A DNA stretch of 64,000 nt from an uncultured virus (IMG/VR IMGVR_UViG_3300035199_000776) (taxonomy: Duplodnaviria; Heunggongvirae; Uroviricota; Caudoviricetes): the IMG/VR virus record IMGVR_UViG_3300035199_000776; one strand, given 5' to 3'. A program made the translations under genes and the position numbers. This document shows, one piece after another, positions 1-8,749 of the stretch; positions within the stretch are counted from its first letter, which is position 1, and the number at the start of each line of letters is the position of its first letter. Under the pieces are notes generated by a model. It did no database searches. It was not told where the DNA came from and was given only the letters and a program-made list of their open reading frames with translations.

Positions 1-3000
1 TCTTAGAAATATCAATGGTCATATCTGCTACATCTTTAAGACTATCCAAGTGTGAGATAAGGAAAACAGTTCTGAACTTTGTTTTAATAATCTCCAACAT
101 CTGTGTAAATGCTTGAAGATGTGTTTCATCCAGAGAGGTTCCTGGTTCATCCAAGATCATAATATCGCTCTTTGGTAAGTTTGAGACAGAAAGCAGGGCA
201 AGACGAATAGCCATAGCGGCCATCGTCTTTTCAGCACCTGACGCCATCGACAAAGGTCTTGGATCGTGTTTTGGATGTTTAATAAATATATCCAGCTTGT
301 TGCCGACTTCCTCAAAGAAGACTTCGAAGTCAGTGAGGTTCGCAAGTATCTTTGCTATCTCCTCATTAATAACTGGTAGTCTCTTCTTGGTGATGTCGTA
401 GGCGATGCCGTTGGAATGCATGCATCTCATGAACAAATCATAAGCAGCGAACTCTTTTCGCAAGTTATTCGCGTCGTCTCTTTGTTCTTCGAGATTGATC
501 ACCTTCTGTTCGTAAGAGCCGACATTTCTGTTTAGGAGAGATATTTGTCCGTTACAGTCGTTATACTTTTCTTCGGCTATTGCCGCCTCTGCTTCAATAA
601 CTTCTCGCGTGGAGATTAGTTTTTCCAAGTTTTCTATGGCCTCTTTGTTTGCTTCATAGATTTCTTTCTTGGCTAACAACTGTTGCTTGAGCATTTCTTC
701 GCGTGAGAAATGAAAACCACCTGTTTCGACCTTAAGTTCCAACTCTCGGATCCTTATCTCGGCCTGATGCATCTTTCCTGTAATATTATTATACTGTTGG
801 ATCTGCGCGCTGATGGCTGTTCCGTCTAGAGAGTTGTATATCTTTTCGAGTTCGTCGAGTTCTCCTTGAGACTCTGCCTTTTCTGCTACCGCTCCAATCG
901 CGTTCTTAATAAACTTACAGCCAGGATATGAATCTCCACAAGGAACTTCAGCGAGAAGTTCTTCCTTTTTCTCAATATCTAAAAGTCTTGCTTTAGAAGC
1001 GCTTATCTGCTTGATCAATATTAATACCTGTTGCTCCTTTTCAGTTAATCTCTTAATATCAAAACTGCTTAAGAATCCAGCCATCTTATCGATAAGCTCG
1101 TGCTTATCTTTGATCTCGGTTCGATGTTCGAACATGGCTGCCTGTATATCAACCAAAGCCTTTTCGCTCTTTTCTAACGCGGCATTAACCTTATTAATAT
1201 AGATAGGCTCGGCGGGTACCGCGTCAATCTTTGTGGTTATTTCGACTATATCAGATGATAAGCCTTCTGCCTTTTCCAGTAGTTCGCGGCAGGCGGCCTC
1301 TTGAATAATCAGTTCCTTTTCAGCTTCGTAAAGCTCTTTCTTTGCTTCTTTGATTTCCTCATCAAAGTTGCGCTCTCCAAGGCGTCTCAAGGCACCCGAA
1401 ATATCTGCTGAGTCTTCTTTCGATAGCCTAAACTTCTTTTCGAAGACTGTTAGATCCAAAAAGTTCGCTAGGATCTCTTTTCGCCTTGTGCTTCCTTCGC
1501 GGATAAAGGAAAGGCTATCAAGCTGGCTAGCCATACTAGTGTTCAAGAAGTCGTCAATATTGCCGAAAATACGGCGAATATTTCTATCAGTTTCTATTCT
1601 CGACAAGCCATTCAGGCTTTCAACTTCGCCAGTTTCCTCATCCAAACTACAAAAATCAAGTTCCACTTTTGCTTCAAGTGTTACTTCGCCTTTGAGCCTC
1701 TTTGTATATTTTTGAGACTTACGACTGATAGTATATACTTTATTACCAATAACAATTTCGGCTATTCCGCCGGCTTCATCTTTCTGTTGATTGATTACAT
1801 TTAGATTTTTTCGTTCGTTCTTTGACGTTGTATTAAAGATAGTGTAAAGCAAACTATCAACAATGCTGGACTTGCCGGAAAAGTTCTTTCCAAATATGCC
1901 CACGATCCCATTCAACTTTTCAAACCTGACTCTGTTATCTAGACCATAGTTGAATAGGTTGTCCCAGCAGAGAGACTTGATATGCCAGTTTACATTTCTT
2001 GAAATCTCTTCATTCTCTTCGACAATATTTGTATACTTACGATTAAGCTCCAGAACACGCTGCATTAGATCTTCATCAATCTCATAATCTTTGAGATATT
2101 CTCGGATGAACTTCTCTAAAACCGCGATGTCTCGTAAGTTTTCGTGTTCGATATTAGAGACATACTTTTCAATATCACCTCGTTGGCCGGCAGAGCGATT
2201 TAAAAACACAACGCTCTCGGGCTTAAATCTATGCTTGGCGACTTCTACGGCGCGGTGCATCTGTTGGACAGATAGATTATTTGTGCTGACGAGCCTTACA
2301 CGGGCGCCTTGCGGCATATCTAACTTGCGCGGCATTCGACCGGTGGCGGTAAGATTAACTGTAACAAAGGGCTTGGGATTATCTAGAGCAAAATGCTCGC
2401 AAGTAAAGATATCTTTATTTTGGATGTCCCATAACAAAAACCCTTTATCATTTGTCTCGCCAAAATTCTGCTGGATAGTGGAGCCAGGATATCTAACCTT
2501 TCCGTCGTGGTCGAGAACTTGATTTGTTTTGTGAATATCGCCAAGAAAGGCATAATCAAAATCATCAAAAATATTTATGCTGTGATCTCCGTCACGCATC
2601 GTCCAGCCAATATCGGTCCTGACGCCAGATATAGAGCCGTGATAAAGAGCGATGTTGATGCTCTCTTCGTCTGTGGGTTTGATCCAGTTCTCTTCGTCGA
2701 AGACAGACAAAACATTAAATTTTATATTTTGTCCAATATATATTTCTTGAGAGTTCTTCAAGATATGCAGATTCGAATGACCCAACGCATTTACGATTGG
2801 TGTTATCGCATCTTGACGATTAGAATTTTTAAGATTGCCGTCGTGGTTGCCGAGGACAATATAGGTTGGTGCGACTTCTGCGAGTCCAGCTAAAAACTCT
2901 GTTGCTAGCTGGAAGTATTCCGGCGAGAGTTGCGTTTTTGTATGCGCGATATCGCCGCAATGAACAATACAATCAACTTTTTGTTCCTTTAATTTCTGAA

Positions 3001-3082
3001 ATAGTTGCTCAAATACAGAGCGGTATTCCTTGTGATACCTATAGTTGCGGATATGAGTATCCGCAATATGAGCGATTCTCAA
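1..3082 (-). CDS. Fused Mre11/SbcD phosphoesterase - Rad50/SbcC ATPase (T4 gp47-gp46-like), 3' end runs off the window
   Basis: Manual translation from TTG at 3082 (AGGAG upstream). Nuclease motifs IADTHIR, HCGDIAH, GNHD, GDIH, YPGS continue in frame into Walker A GKNFSGKSS, coiled coil, CGDSYPGC hook, signature MASGAE, Walker B ILDEP and ISH. Frame at position 1 matches the start frame. Confidence 0.9.
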   Translation of the reverse strand, partial: MRIAHIADTHIRNYRYHKEYRSVFEQLFQKLKEQKVDCIVHCGDIAHTKTQLSPEYFQLATEFLAGLAEVAPTYIVLGNHDGNLKNSNRQDAITPIVNALGHSNLHILKNSQEIYIGQNIKFNVLSVFDEENWIKPTDEESINIALYHGSISGVRTDIGWTMRDGDHSINIFDDFDYAFLGDIHKTNQVLDHDGKVRYPGSTIQQNFGETNDKGFLLWDIQNKDIFTCEHFALDNPKPFVTVNLTATGRMPRKLDMPQGARVRLVSTNNLSVQQMHRAVEVAKHRFKPESVVFLNRSAGQRGDIEKYVSNIEHENLRDIAVLEKFIREYLKDYEIDEDLMQRVLELNRKYTNIVEENEEISRNVNWHIKSLCWDNLFNYGLDNRVRFEKLNGIVGIFGKNFSGKSSIVDSLLYTIFNTTSKNERKNLNVINQQKDEAGGIAEIVIGNKVYTISRKSQKYTKRLKGEVTLEAKVELDFCSLDEETGEVESLNGLSRIETDRNIRRIFGNIDDFLNTSMASQLDSLSFIREGSTRRKEILANFLDLTVFEKKFRLSKEDSADISGALRRLGERNFDEEIKEAKKELYEAEKELIIQEAACRELLEKAEGLSSDIVEITTKIDAVPAEPIYINKVNAALEKSEKALVDIQAAMFEHRTEIKDKHELIDKMAGFLSSFDIKRLTEKEQQVLILIKQISASKARLLDIEKKEELLAEVPCGDSYPGCKFIKNAIGAVAEKAESQGELDELEKIYNSLDGTAISAQIQQYNNITGKMHQAEIRIRELELKVETGGFHFSREEMLKQQLLAKKEIYEANKEAIENLEKLISTREVIEAEAAIAEEKYNDCNGQISLLNRNVGSYEQKVINLEEQRDDANNLRKEFAAYDLFMRCMHSNGIAYDITKKRLPVINEEIAKILANLTDFEVFFEEVGNKLDIFIKHPKHDPRPLSMASGAEKTMAAMAIRLALLSVSNLPKSDIMILDEPGTSLDETHLQAFTQMLEIIKTKFRTVFLISHLDSLKDVADMTIDISK

Positions 3083-3114
3083 ACATTCTCCTAATAAACA
3101 AATGCTTTGTATTT

Positions 3115-3143
3115 AATATAACATATTAATACAAGGCAGTCAA
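3115..3143 (-). promoter_or_regulatory. Sigma70-type promoter TTGACT-N17-TATATT with extended -10 TG
   Basis: Minus strand reads TTGACT gccttgtattaatatgt TATATT in the intergenic gap upstream of the Mre11-Rad50 gene. Confidence 0.8.
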
Positions 3144-3149
3144 GTATTA

Positions 3150-3716
3150 TTATTTTTTGACGGTGGCCGTTAACGTTTCTTCCAAAAATCCTCCGGAGGA
3201 CATGGGGTTACGCTCAACGTCGGCCTTAAATTGTTGTATGCCGCCGGCGAATTTTATATATTCTTCAATATCAGAAATTCCCAATAGTGATTTGAAAGCT
3301 TCAACAATATCCATCTCTATAAAAAGTTTAATTGCTTCCATAAAGTCTAGAATTTTTGCTGGGACTGCTAACTTGACTAAAGCCAATAATATACCTGCTG
3401 CGAGCTTTACGTGCTTGGGCACTGAAAGTATCCTGAATACTCTATCGATTGTTCGGTGAACCACCTTTTTAATCTTTTTAGCATCATAAAGCTTACCGAG
3501 AAAGCCTCGCAGCTTCTCTATGGCTTTCTTAACAAAAGAACTAAATTGTTCCTCGGGCCAGTCCTTAAATTTTGTGTAGGTTTGTTTGAGGGCACCCCAC
3601 ATGTTACCCACAACACCTTCCTCCAACAAATTCAATTCAGCAAAAATCTGTTCAAATTCTTGCTCCCACAAAAGTTGTGACTCATACTGGCGCCAGTTCT
3701 CCATTATGAGTTTCAC
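3150..3716 (-). CDS. Hypothetical protein with MKLIMENWR leader (putative internal virion protein)
   Basis: 188 aa; N-terminal leader shared with 6415..7374; one hydrophobic segment (LAAGILLALVKLAV). Confidence 0.7.
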   Translation of the reverse strand: MKLIMENWRQYESQLLWEQEFEQIFAELNLLEEGVVGNMWGALKQTYTKFKDWPEEQFSSFVKKAIEKLRGFLGKLYDAKKIKKVVHRTIDRVFRILSVPKHVKLAAGILLALVKLAVPAKILDFMEAIKLFIEMDIVEAFKSLLGISDIEEYIKFAGGIQQFKADVERNPMSSGGFLEETLTATVKK

Positions 3717-4094
3717 TTACTTACTCCGGAGAACTTGTGTGGCCACTCTTTTAATACCTACTTTAACATCTTCGGGTTTAAGTTTTTCTTTTGCGACCAT
3801 CTGAATGATCTTCATTAAAAATTGTTCGAACTCTGCTCTAGTATTAATCGACGCCAAGAGGTTTTCAATACCCCCTACTTGGCCAAGTTTTTTGCCTACG
3901 CGGGCAACATCACCGGAGACACGAGGTTCGGGCTCTGCGGTTTCTTCGCCTTCCAAACCTTCTGTGACTTGTTCCAACTCGTCAAGCTGCTTCTTAATAT
4001 CTTCGCCAAACAGTTCACCAGCCTCTTCGTTTGTGAGGATAACTTCAAGTTCTTCTTTGATGATCTGTTTGAGTTGTCTCTTGGTGATTTTCAT
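3717..4094 (-). CDS. Hypothetical protein with MKITKRQLKQIIKEE leader
   Basis: Start moved from 4160 to ATG 4094 (AGGA RBS, shared leader); 125 aa. Confidence 0.75.
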   Translation of the reverse strand: MKITKRQLKQIIKEELEVILTNEEAGELFGEDIKKQLDELEQVTEGLEGEETAEPEPRVSGDVARVGKKLGQVGGIENLLASINTRAEFEQFLMKIIQMVAKEKLKPEDVKVGIKRVATQVLRSK

Positions 4095-4107
4095 TTTATG
4101 TTCCTTT

Positions 4108-4362
4108 CTAACCAGCGTATCCGTCCGGATCGATCTCGCCAACTGGGACAGCAAACACATCAGGGACGTACCCGCCGGCGAAGGCCTTTCGAGCCGCGGT
4201 CATAGCCGCTGTTTTATCTAAAAATACACCGAGCAATCTTATTTCAGTGAATTCGCCCTCGTAAGTAGTGCTGGGCTCTGCCACAATATAGACTTGCTGG
4301 TTCAATGTATCCTCTATCTCTTCCTTGATGATCCGTTTGAGTTGTCTCTTTGTGATTTTCAT
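4108..4362 (-). CDS. Hypothetical protein with MKITKRQLKRIIKEE leader
   Basis: 84 aa, AAGGA RBS, shared leader. Confidence 0.75.
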   Translation of the reverse strand: MKITKRQLKRIIKEEIEDTLNQQVYIVAEPSTTYEGEFTEIRLLGVFLDKTAAMTAARKAFAGGYVPDVFAVPVGEIDPDGYAG

Positions 4363-4379
4363 TGTGGGGTTCCTTTAAT

Positions 4380-4736
4380 CTAGATAAGAGTGGACGCGTC
4401 GATGATGGGGGGCGGTTTTGGCGGTGGCGGTGGGTCACCGTCCATGTATTGCGCATCCATGCCGCCCGGATCAAACCCGGCCTTTTTTAAGAGTTCCATG
4501 CTTGGCTTAAGAAACCTTTCTGGACTCTTATGGGTCTCTTTGAGTCTTTCATACATTTTTGTGTCGAGCATGTTATAGGGCACGTTCACCAAATAGTATG
4601 CTGGCCGAATCGTCCGGCCGTCCATATCCGTGTGCGACACTTTAAAATTATGAGTTCTGCCCTCTAGAGAAGTTCCTAGTGCTGTATCAACCTCTTCCTT
4701 GATGATCTTTTTAAGTTGTGTCTTTGTGATTTTCAC
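4380..4736 (-). CDS. Hypothetical protein with MKITKTQLKKIIKEE leader and Pro-rich C-terminus
   Basis: 118 aa, GTG start, GGAG RBS, shared leader, DPPPPPKPPP tail. Confidence 0.75.
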   Translation of the reverse strand: MKITKTQLKKIIKEEVDTALGTSLEGRTHNFKVSHTDMDGRTIRPAYYLVNVPYNMLDTKMYERLKETHKSPERFLKPSMELLKKAGFDPGGMDAQYMDGDPPPPPKPPPIIDASTLI

Positions 4737-4748
4737 TCTATTGCTCCA

Positions 4749-5675
4749 TCAAAGCATAAATAGCTTTTGTAATAAATAGTCATCTTGAGATACAAAGGAA
4801 GCATGCTTCCTTCTTTCCTCAAATATGTCTTTCGTCATTTCGCCAACATCATCATAACCATCAACATCGATCATATAAACTTCAATATCATATGAAAGAA
4901 GAAGCTTCAAGATCTCAACTGTCTTGTTCTTCGCATCTGGGTCGAGGGCGAGATAAACAATAGCGTTCTTCTTCACGATCTCTTGAAACAACTTTGAGTT
5001 TTCGCGAATAGTAGAACCTAGTAATGGTATAGCATTCCCAGCTTTAATAGCATCAAAGATACCTTCGACGATAATAACAGGGCTATCCCAATCCATATAC
5101 AATTCGTTAAAAATAATATTCTTTGCTGCTGGCGGGTTTTTATATTTTGGCCACGCATCTGTATAACTCCTGGCGATGAAATAGTTTACATTCCCTTCGC
5201 CGTTAAAAGAGGGAACAACAATCCGGCCATGATATGGACCGGTCTCACAATATCCGATTTTCCATCGCAGGATGTCTCGGAACCCAATCCCACGTTCATT
5301 TAAATAGTTTAAGGCCCCTCTCGCTCCCGTGGGAGGATTTTTGGTCGCAAGGGATACAAATGCTTGGGGAAGATTTAAAAGCGTCTCAAGACGAGGTTTC
5401 CTATCCGCAAACAAGTCTTCGAAAGCGCCGAGGTCAACTCGGCCTGAGAGGTCGTTCCATTCTTGCCTTTCTTCGAAGGAGCCGAACTGTCGAACAAGCC
5501 TTCCCAGATTCTTTCCGCGAGCATCACAAACCCAACATTTATAGAAACCTTTTTCTATATTGACGGAAAACTTCTTCTTATGATGTTCGCAATATGGGCA
5601 ATGGAAAAGCTGCTCGCGATTCGTCTCATAAGAGTGCCCAAGAACATCTGTTAAGATTTGGAATTTTGTTCGCAT
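4749..5675 (-). CDS. DNA primase (Zn-finger + Toprim)
   Basis: CPYCxH...CWVC zinc-binding domain; GRIVVP, IIVEGIFD, LALDPD and DVGE Toprim motifs. Confidence 0.9.
   Translation of the reverse strand: MRTKFQILTDVLGHSYETNREQLFHCPYCEHHKKKFSVNIEKGFYKCWVCDARGKNLGRLVRQFGSFEERQEWNDLSGRVDLGAFEDLFADRKPRLETLLNLPQAFVSLATKNPPTGARGALNYLNERGIGFRDILRWKIGYCETGPYHGRIVVPSFNGEGNVNYFIARSYTDAWPKYKNPPAAKNIIFNELYMDWDSPVIIVEGIFDAIKAGNAIPLLGSTIRENSKLFQEIVKKNAIVYLALDPDAKNKTVEILKLLLSYDIEVYMIDVDGYDDVGEMTKDIFEERRKHASFVSQDDYLLQKLFML
4755..4780 (-). promoter_or_regulatory. Tandem putative late-promoter motifs (ACTATTTATT and GCTATTTATG) in the 3' end of the primase gene
   Basis: Match to the AACTATTTATA motif seen before structural genes; 20-45 nt upstream of the leader-gene cassette. 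Confidence 0.5.
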
Positions 5676-6184
5676 ATGTATCCTGCTTTTGCGATTACGA
5701 TGGAATCAGCCATATCATAACAATGTGGTTTTGGATTTCCATTTCTGGTATATTCTATTTCGAAGGCCGGCTCGTTGTTAAGCAAATATTGTAAAACAAC
5801 TTCTTTGGCCTTTTGGCCCCGCGGGATCTTCAAACCATATATACGACGAGCGCTCGGGGCTGCGAGGTAAATGGGTTCTATACCATATAGATCATAACAC
5901 AACCAGGATACGATACCATTAAAAGAGGATAGAGTTGACAAAGTTTTTGCAGAAGAAAAACCAGAGCGAAACGACTGCAAGGATTTTTCGATATATATCT
6001 GCTCTATTTGATACTCGGCTTGGAGATCCAATAGAGCATCTTTTATTTTCTGCGCCTTTGTCATAAGCGTAGGAAAATAGCGCTTGTTACGAAAGTCCCA
6101 AGCGCCATTTAAAATAATGTTGTCGTCTTTATCAACGATTGTAAAACCAGTAATACTAGTTGAGACGTCTAGACCTAAAATCAT
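5651..6184 (-). CDS. RuvC-like Holliday junction resolvase
   Basis: ILGLDVSTSITG, IYIEK and DMADS acidic motifs of the RNase H-like RuvC fold. Confidence 0.8.
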   Translation of the reverse strand: MILGLDVSTSITGFTIVDKDDNIILNGAWDFRNKRYFPTLMTKAQKIKDALLDLQAEYQIEQIYIEKSLQSFRSGFSSAKTLSTLSSFNGIVSWLCYDLYGIEPIYLAAPSARRIYGLKIPRGQKAKEVVLQYLLNNEPAFEIEYTRNGNPKPHCYDMADSIVIAKAGYICEQNSKS

Positions 6185-6378
6185 TGCCGATTTGTATTAA
6201 TCTCCATAATCGCATTTAATAAAGCGATATCTTCTTCGGTCAACGGTGACTTAAGCTCTACTTGGTGTATTTTCAGAGTAGGAGAAACTTCCGCGGTGGA
6301 AGAGGACGAGATTTTAGAAGGCGCCAGAAGACACCCGGCAACAAGAAAACCAATAATGTATATATTCTTTTTCATCAT
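6181..6378 (-). CDS. Small hypothetical protein with N-terminal hydrophobic/signal-like segment
   Basis: 65 aa, MMKKNIYIIGFLVAGCLLA; directly downstream of a strong promoter; stop overlaps the next start. Confidence 0.6.
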   Translation of the reverse strand: MMKKNIYIIGFLVAGCLLAPSKISSSSTAEVSPTLKIHQVELKSPLTEEDIALLNAIMEINTNRQ

Positions 6379-6384
6379 GCTAAA

Positions 6385-6413
6385 AGTATAACCTATCGCG
6401 AAATAAAAGTCAA
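6385..6413 (-). promoter_or_regulatory. Sigma70-type promoter TTGACT-N17-TATACT
   Basis: Minus strand TTGACT tttatttcgcgataggt TATACT, 6 nt before the ATG at 6378. Confidence 0.8.
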
Positions 6414-6414
6414 G

Positions 6415-7374
6415 CTAATATAAAAACAATCTTTCCTTTTTTTCTAAGTCAGACAATATATCTTCAACAGATTTTCCTGTTTTCTTCGATAGCTGTTCTA
6501 GCTCGGACTGGTCGAAACTTCGAAGAATTCTTATCTGTTCTCTTATCATTTTAGAGTAAAACTCGTATCCCTTCGACCATGATATCGGAAGCATTTCGAC
6601 ATTATAATTTGGATGAAGTTCGCCAGTTCGTAAAATTCCGCCATAAAGAAAATTATCTAATTCTTTTATGTCCATTTTTGCTAGTCTTTCTTTATATTCG
6701 CCCACAGTCATGTCGCCGCCGCCAAAGTATGGTAAAATAAAATTATCTGAGATTTGATCTGGAGTGACCCACGCGAACCCGGGGGCAGCTTTAGGTGACG
6801 GCGACCATTCGAATTCTTCCACTAGGCCGGCAGTTCTGGGCATCAATCCTTTGCCGGGTAGATCAGGGGGGGCCGGGGCGTTCTTCCTTGCTTCGAAATC
6901 GTCTTGTCGTGCTTGGCGGGCCTGGGCGCTGGCTGTGGGCGTGTATTGGAGTGTCGCATGCGTGCGCTTCTTGGGTTTTTTTGGTGGCTTCTCTAAGGCT
7001 TTAGATACACCTCCGATAGTTGCCGCTGTTGCGGCGCTAGCAACTACTCCCCCTAAAATCTGGAATAGAAGCTCTCTTCGGTTTGGATCTTTGGTATTTT
7101 CAATCTCAGCGCTTATTTCTTTTTTAGATTCACCTCGGTCAAGCTTTTTTTGAAACAAGGCCTTAATTTTATTTTTCCAATCTTCTAATTTTCCCTCGTC
7201 AAGTTCTTGTTCAAAAAGAAGCGACACATCTTCTTGTACTTTTCTTTTTTTATCAAAATTTGAAGCTAGTTGAAGAAATTTTATCTCTTCTGGCGTCAAC
7301 GGGGATCTGAGATTGGAACGGCCCTCTTTTAAGTAATGTCGCCAATTCTCCATTATTAGCTTCATCTCAGACAT
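6415..7374 (-). CDS. Hypothetical protein with MKLIMENWR leader and internal RR + hydrophobic segment
   Basis: 319 aa; GAGGA RBS; own late-type promoter; NRRELLFQILGGVVASAATAA internal segment. Confidence 0.75.
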   Translation of the reverse strand: MSEMKLIMENWRHYLKEGRSNLRSPLTPEEIKFLQLASNFDKKRKVQEDVSLLFEQELDEGKLEDWKNKIKALFQKKLDRGESKKEISAEIENTKDPNRRELLFQILGGVVASAATAATIGGVSKALEKPPKKPKKRTHATLQYTPTASAQARQARQDDFEARKNAPAPPDLPGKGLMPRTAGLVEEFEWSPSPKAAPGFAWVTPDQISDNFILPYFGGGDMTVGEYKERLAKMDIKELDNFLYGGILRTGELHPNYNVEMLPISWSKGYEFYSKMIREQIRILRSFDQSELEQLSKKTGKSVEDILSDLEKKERLFLY

Positions 7375-7390
7375 AAATATTCCTCTTGTT

Positions 7391-7401
7391 TATAAATAGT
7401 T
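7391..7401 (-). promoter_or_regulatory. Putative late promoter AACTATTTATA
   Basis: Intergenic; identical 11-mer at 10818-10828. Confidence 0.65.
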
Positions 7402-7403
7402 CT

Positions 7404-8741
7404 TTACATATCCAGTTTTAATTTGAATGTAAAGTCTCTATCCTCTTCTTTCCGAATTGGTTTCGCAGTTTTCGCAACCCCAATCAAGAATCCTTTCTCA
7501 TCGTATAAATTAACTCGGTTAATATATACTGTCTTTTTGAATGAAGCAGAATGATAGGCGAAAGAAGAACTCACAACATTATGAATTTGTCTTTCTGTTT
7601 GTCTGGCGAAATATGTTCCACTCTGAATGCCGGTGCCTGAGACCGGGACCGAACTGGCCGACAAGAAGGATGGATTGTTTGACCAGTTAAGCTCACCGCG
7701 GGGTGCGGTGGCGAAATATGTATTTGTTGGTATCTTATTTGTTCCGCTGAACTCCAACAAGAAACTGGCGCTGGCTATTGTAAGGCTCGAAGAATTGTCG
7801 TCGTTTGCGCCGTAGCCCCAATAAATCCACTTTGATTCGCCGGCGGTTTCGTAGCCAATCTCTGAAGTATCTAAATTCCAAGAACCAGTTAATAAGATAA
7901 AACCTTGGTTGTAAAGCACAACACCGGCCACATTTCCGTCCTGGGTAGAATCCAAAAGACTACTAGCCTGAATCAACTCGCCGTTTTGTTTTGAGTCAAC
8001 CAACTTGCCGACGAGGGTGCCGGTTATATAATATTTTAGGCTGACGCTTCCTTTCTTCATCCCAGAGCCAATAAAGATTGAGGGGATGGAGATTAGATTT
8101 ACATCAACCAAACCAAGATCCCTATTTGGTCCTCCCGGTATTGAAGCAGAATAAAGAAAATGGGTGCTCATAATTGAAGCATTGTTCAAAGTATTTTCAA
8201 GTGTCTGTATGGCCGACGCAGTAAAAAGTGGCTGTATTGTTTTATGATTTTCGGTGTCCGATAGAGCAGGGAGGTAATTAGCTTGGAATCTGGTGCTATT
8301 ATTCGCATCCATCGTCGCGATGTATGAAGAAGTAAAGAAATCTCTTTTGATGCTAGCCGAAATATCATAAGAACTGGTAAATATATATCCAAAAGATGCG
8401 CTAGCATATTCATCTTGTGATATTGTCTTGAAAGTAATATCGCCGGATCTTTTTTCCATATAAGGATAAATTATACCAAAATCTTTTACATTTTCAACTG
8501 GATCTATCGACGAACTTAGGCCAATAACTTTTCCAGTATCGGCCGAAGCCCTATCGACGTTTAAACGATATAGGCTAGTAAAACCAGTTGGTATACCATA
8601 TACGTTGCTTACATGAGCGCCAGAAACAGCATTTTGGTTTTGATAATATATGTTAGAATTATATATGAAAAACTCATTTCTTGGATAAGTTTTTATAATA
8701 TTAAATAAGACATCATTTTTATTGAATTTATAAATGGACAT
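7404..8741 (-). CDS. Virion structural protein (baseplate/tail-fibre attachment region)
   Basis: S/T/G-rich; C-terminal YINRVNLYDEKGFLIGVAKTAKP...KLDM motif paralogous to 8750..9844; lies in the baseplate module. Confidence 0.65.
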   Translation of the reverse strand: MSIYKFNKNDVLFNIIKTYPRNEFFIYNSNIYYQNQNAVSGAHVSNVYGIPTGFTSLYRLNVDRASADTGKVIGLSSSIDPVENVKDFGIIYPYMEKRSGDITFKTISQDEYASASFGYIFTSSYDISASIKRDFFTSSYIATMDANNSTRFQANYLPALSDTENHKTIQPLFTASAIQTLENTLNNASIMSTHFLYSASIPGGPNRDLGLVDVNLISIPSIFIGSGMKKGSVSLKYYITGTLVGKLVDSKQNGELIQASSLLDSTQDGNVAGVVLYNQGFILLTGSWNLDTSEIGYETAGESKWIYWGYGANDDNSSSLTIASASFLLEFSGTNKIPTNTYFATAPRGELNWSNNPSFLSASSVPVSGTGIQSGTYFARQTERQIHNVVSSSFAYHSASFKKTVYINRVNLYDEKGFLIGVAKTAKPIRKEEDRDFTFKLKLDM

Positions 8742-8749
8742 ATCATTTT

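Larger units (their letters stand above)
4050..4736 (-). repeat. Three dispersed ~45-bp direct repeats encoding the MKITKxQLKxIIKEE leader (4050-4094, 4318-4362, 4692-4736)
   Basis: ATGAAAATCACCAAGAGACAACTCAAACAGATCATCAAAGAAGAA / ATGAAAATCACAAAGAGACAACTCAAACGGATCATCAAGGAAGAG / GTGAAAATCACAAAGACACAACTTAAAAAGATCATCAAGGAAGAG. Confidence 0.9.

Noticed and set aside
4050..4736. 45-bp repeats as a CRISPR array or attC/integron cassettes
   Set aside because: The repeats are in-frame coding leaders differing mostly at synonymous sites, spaced 270-370 bp apart, not palindromic, and no integrase is present.
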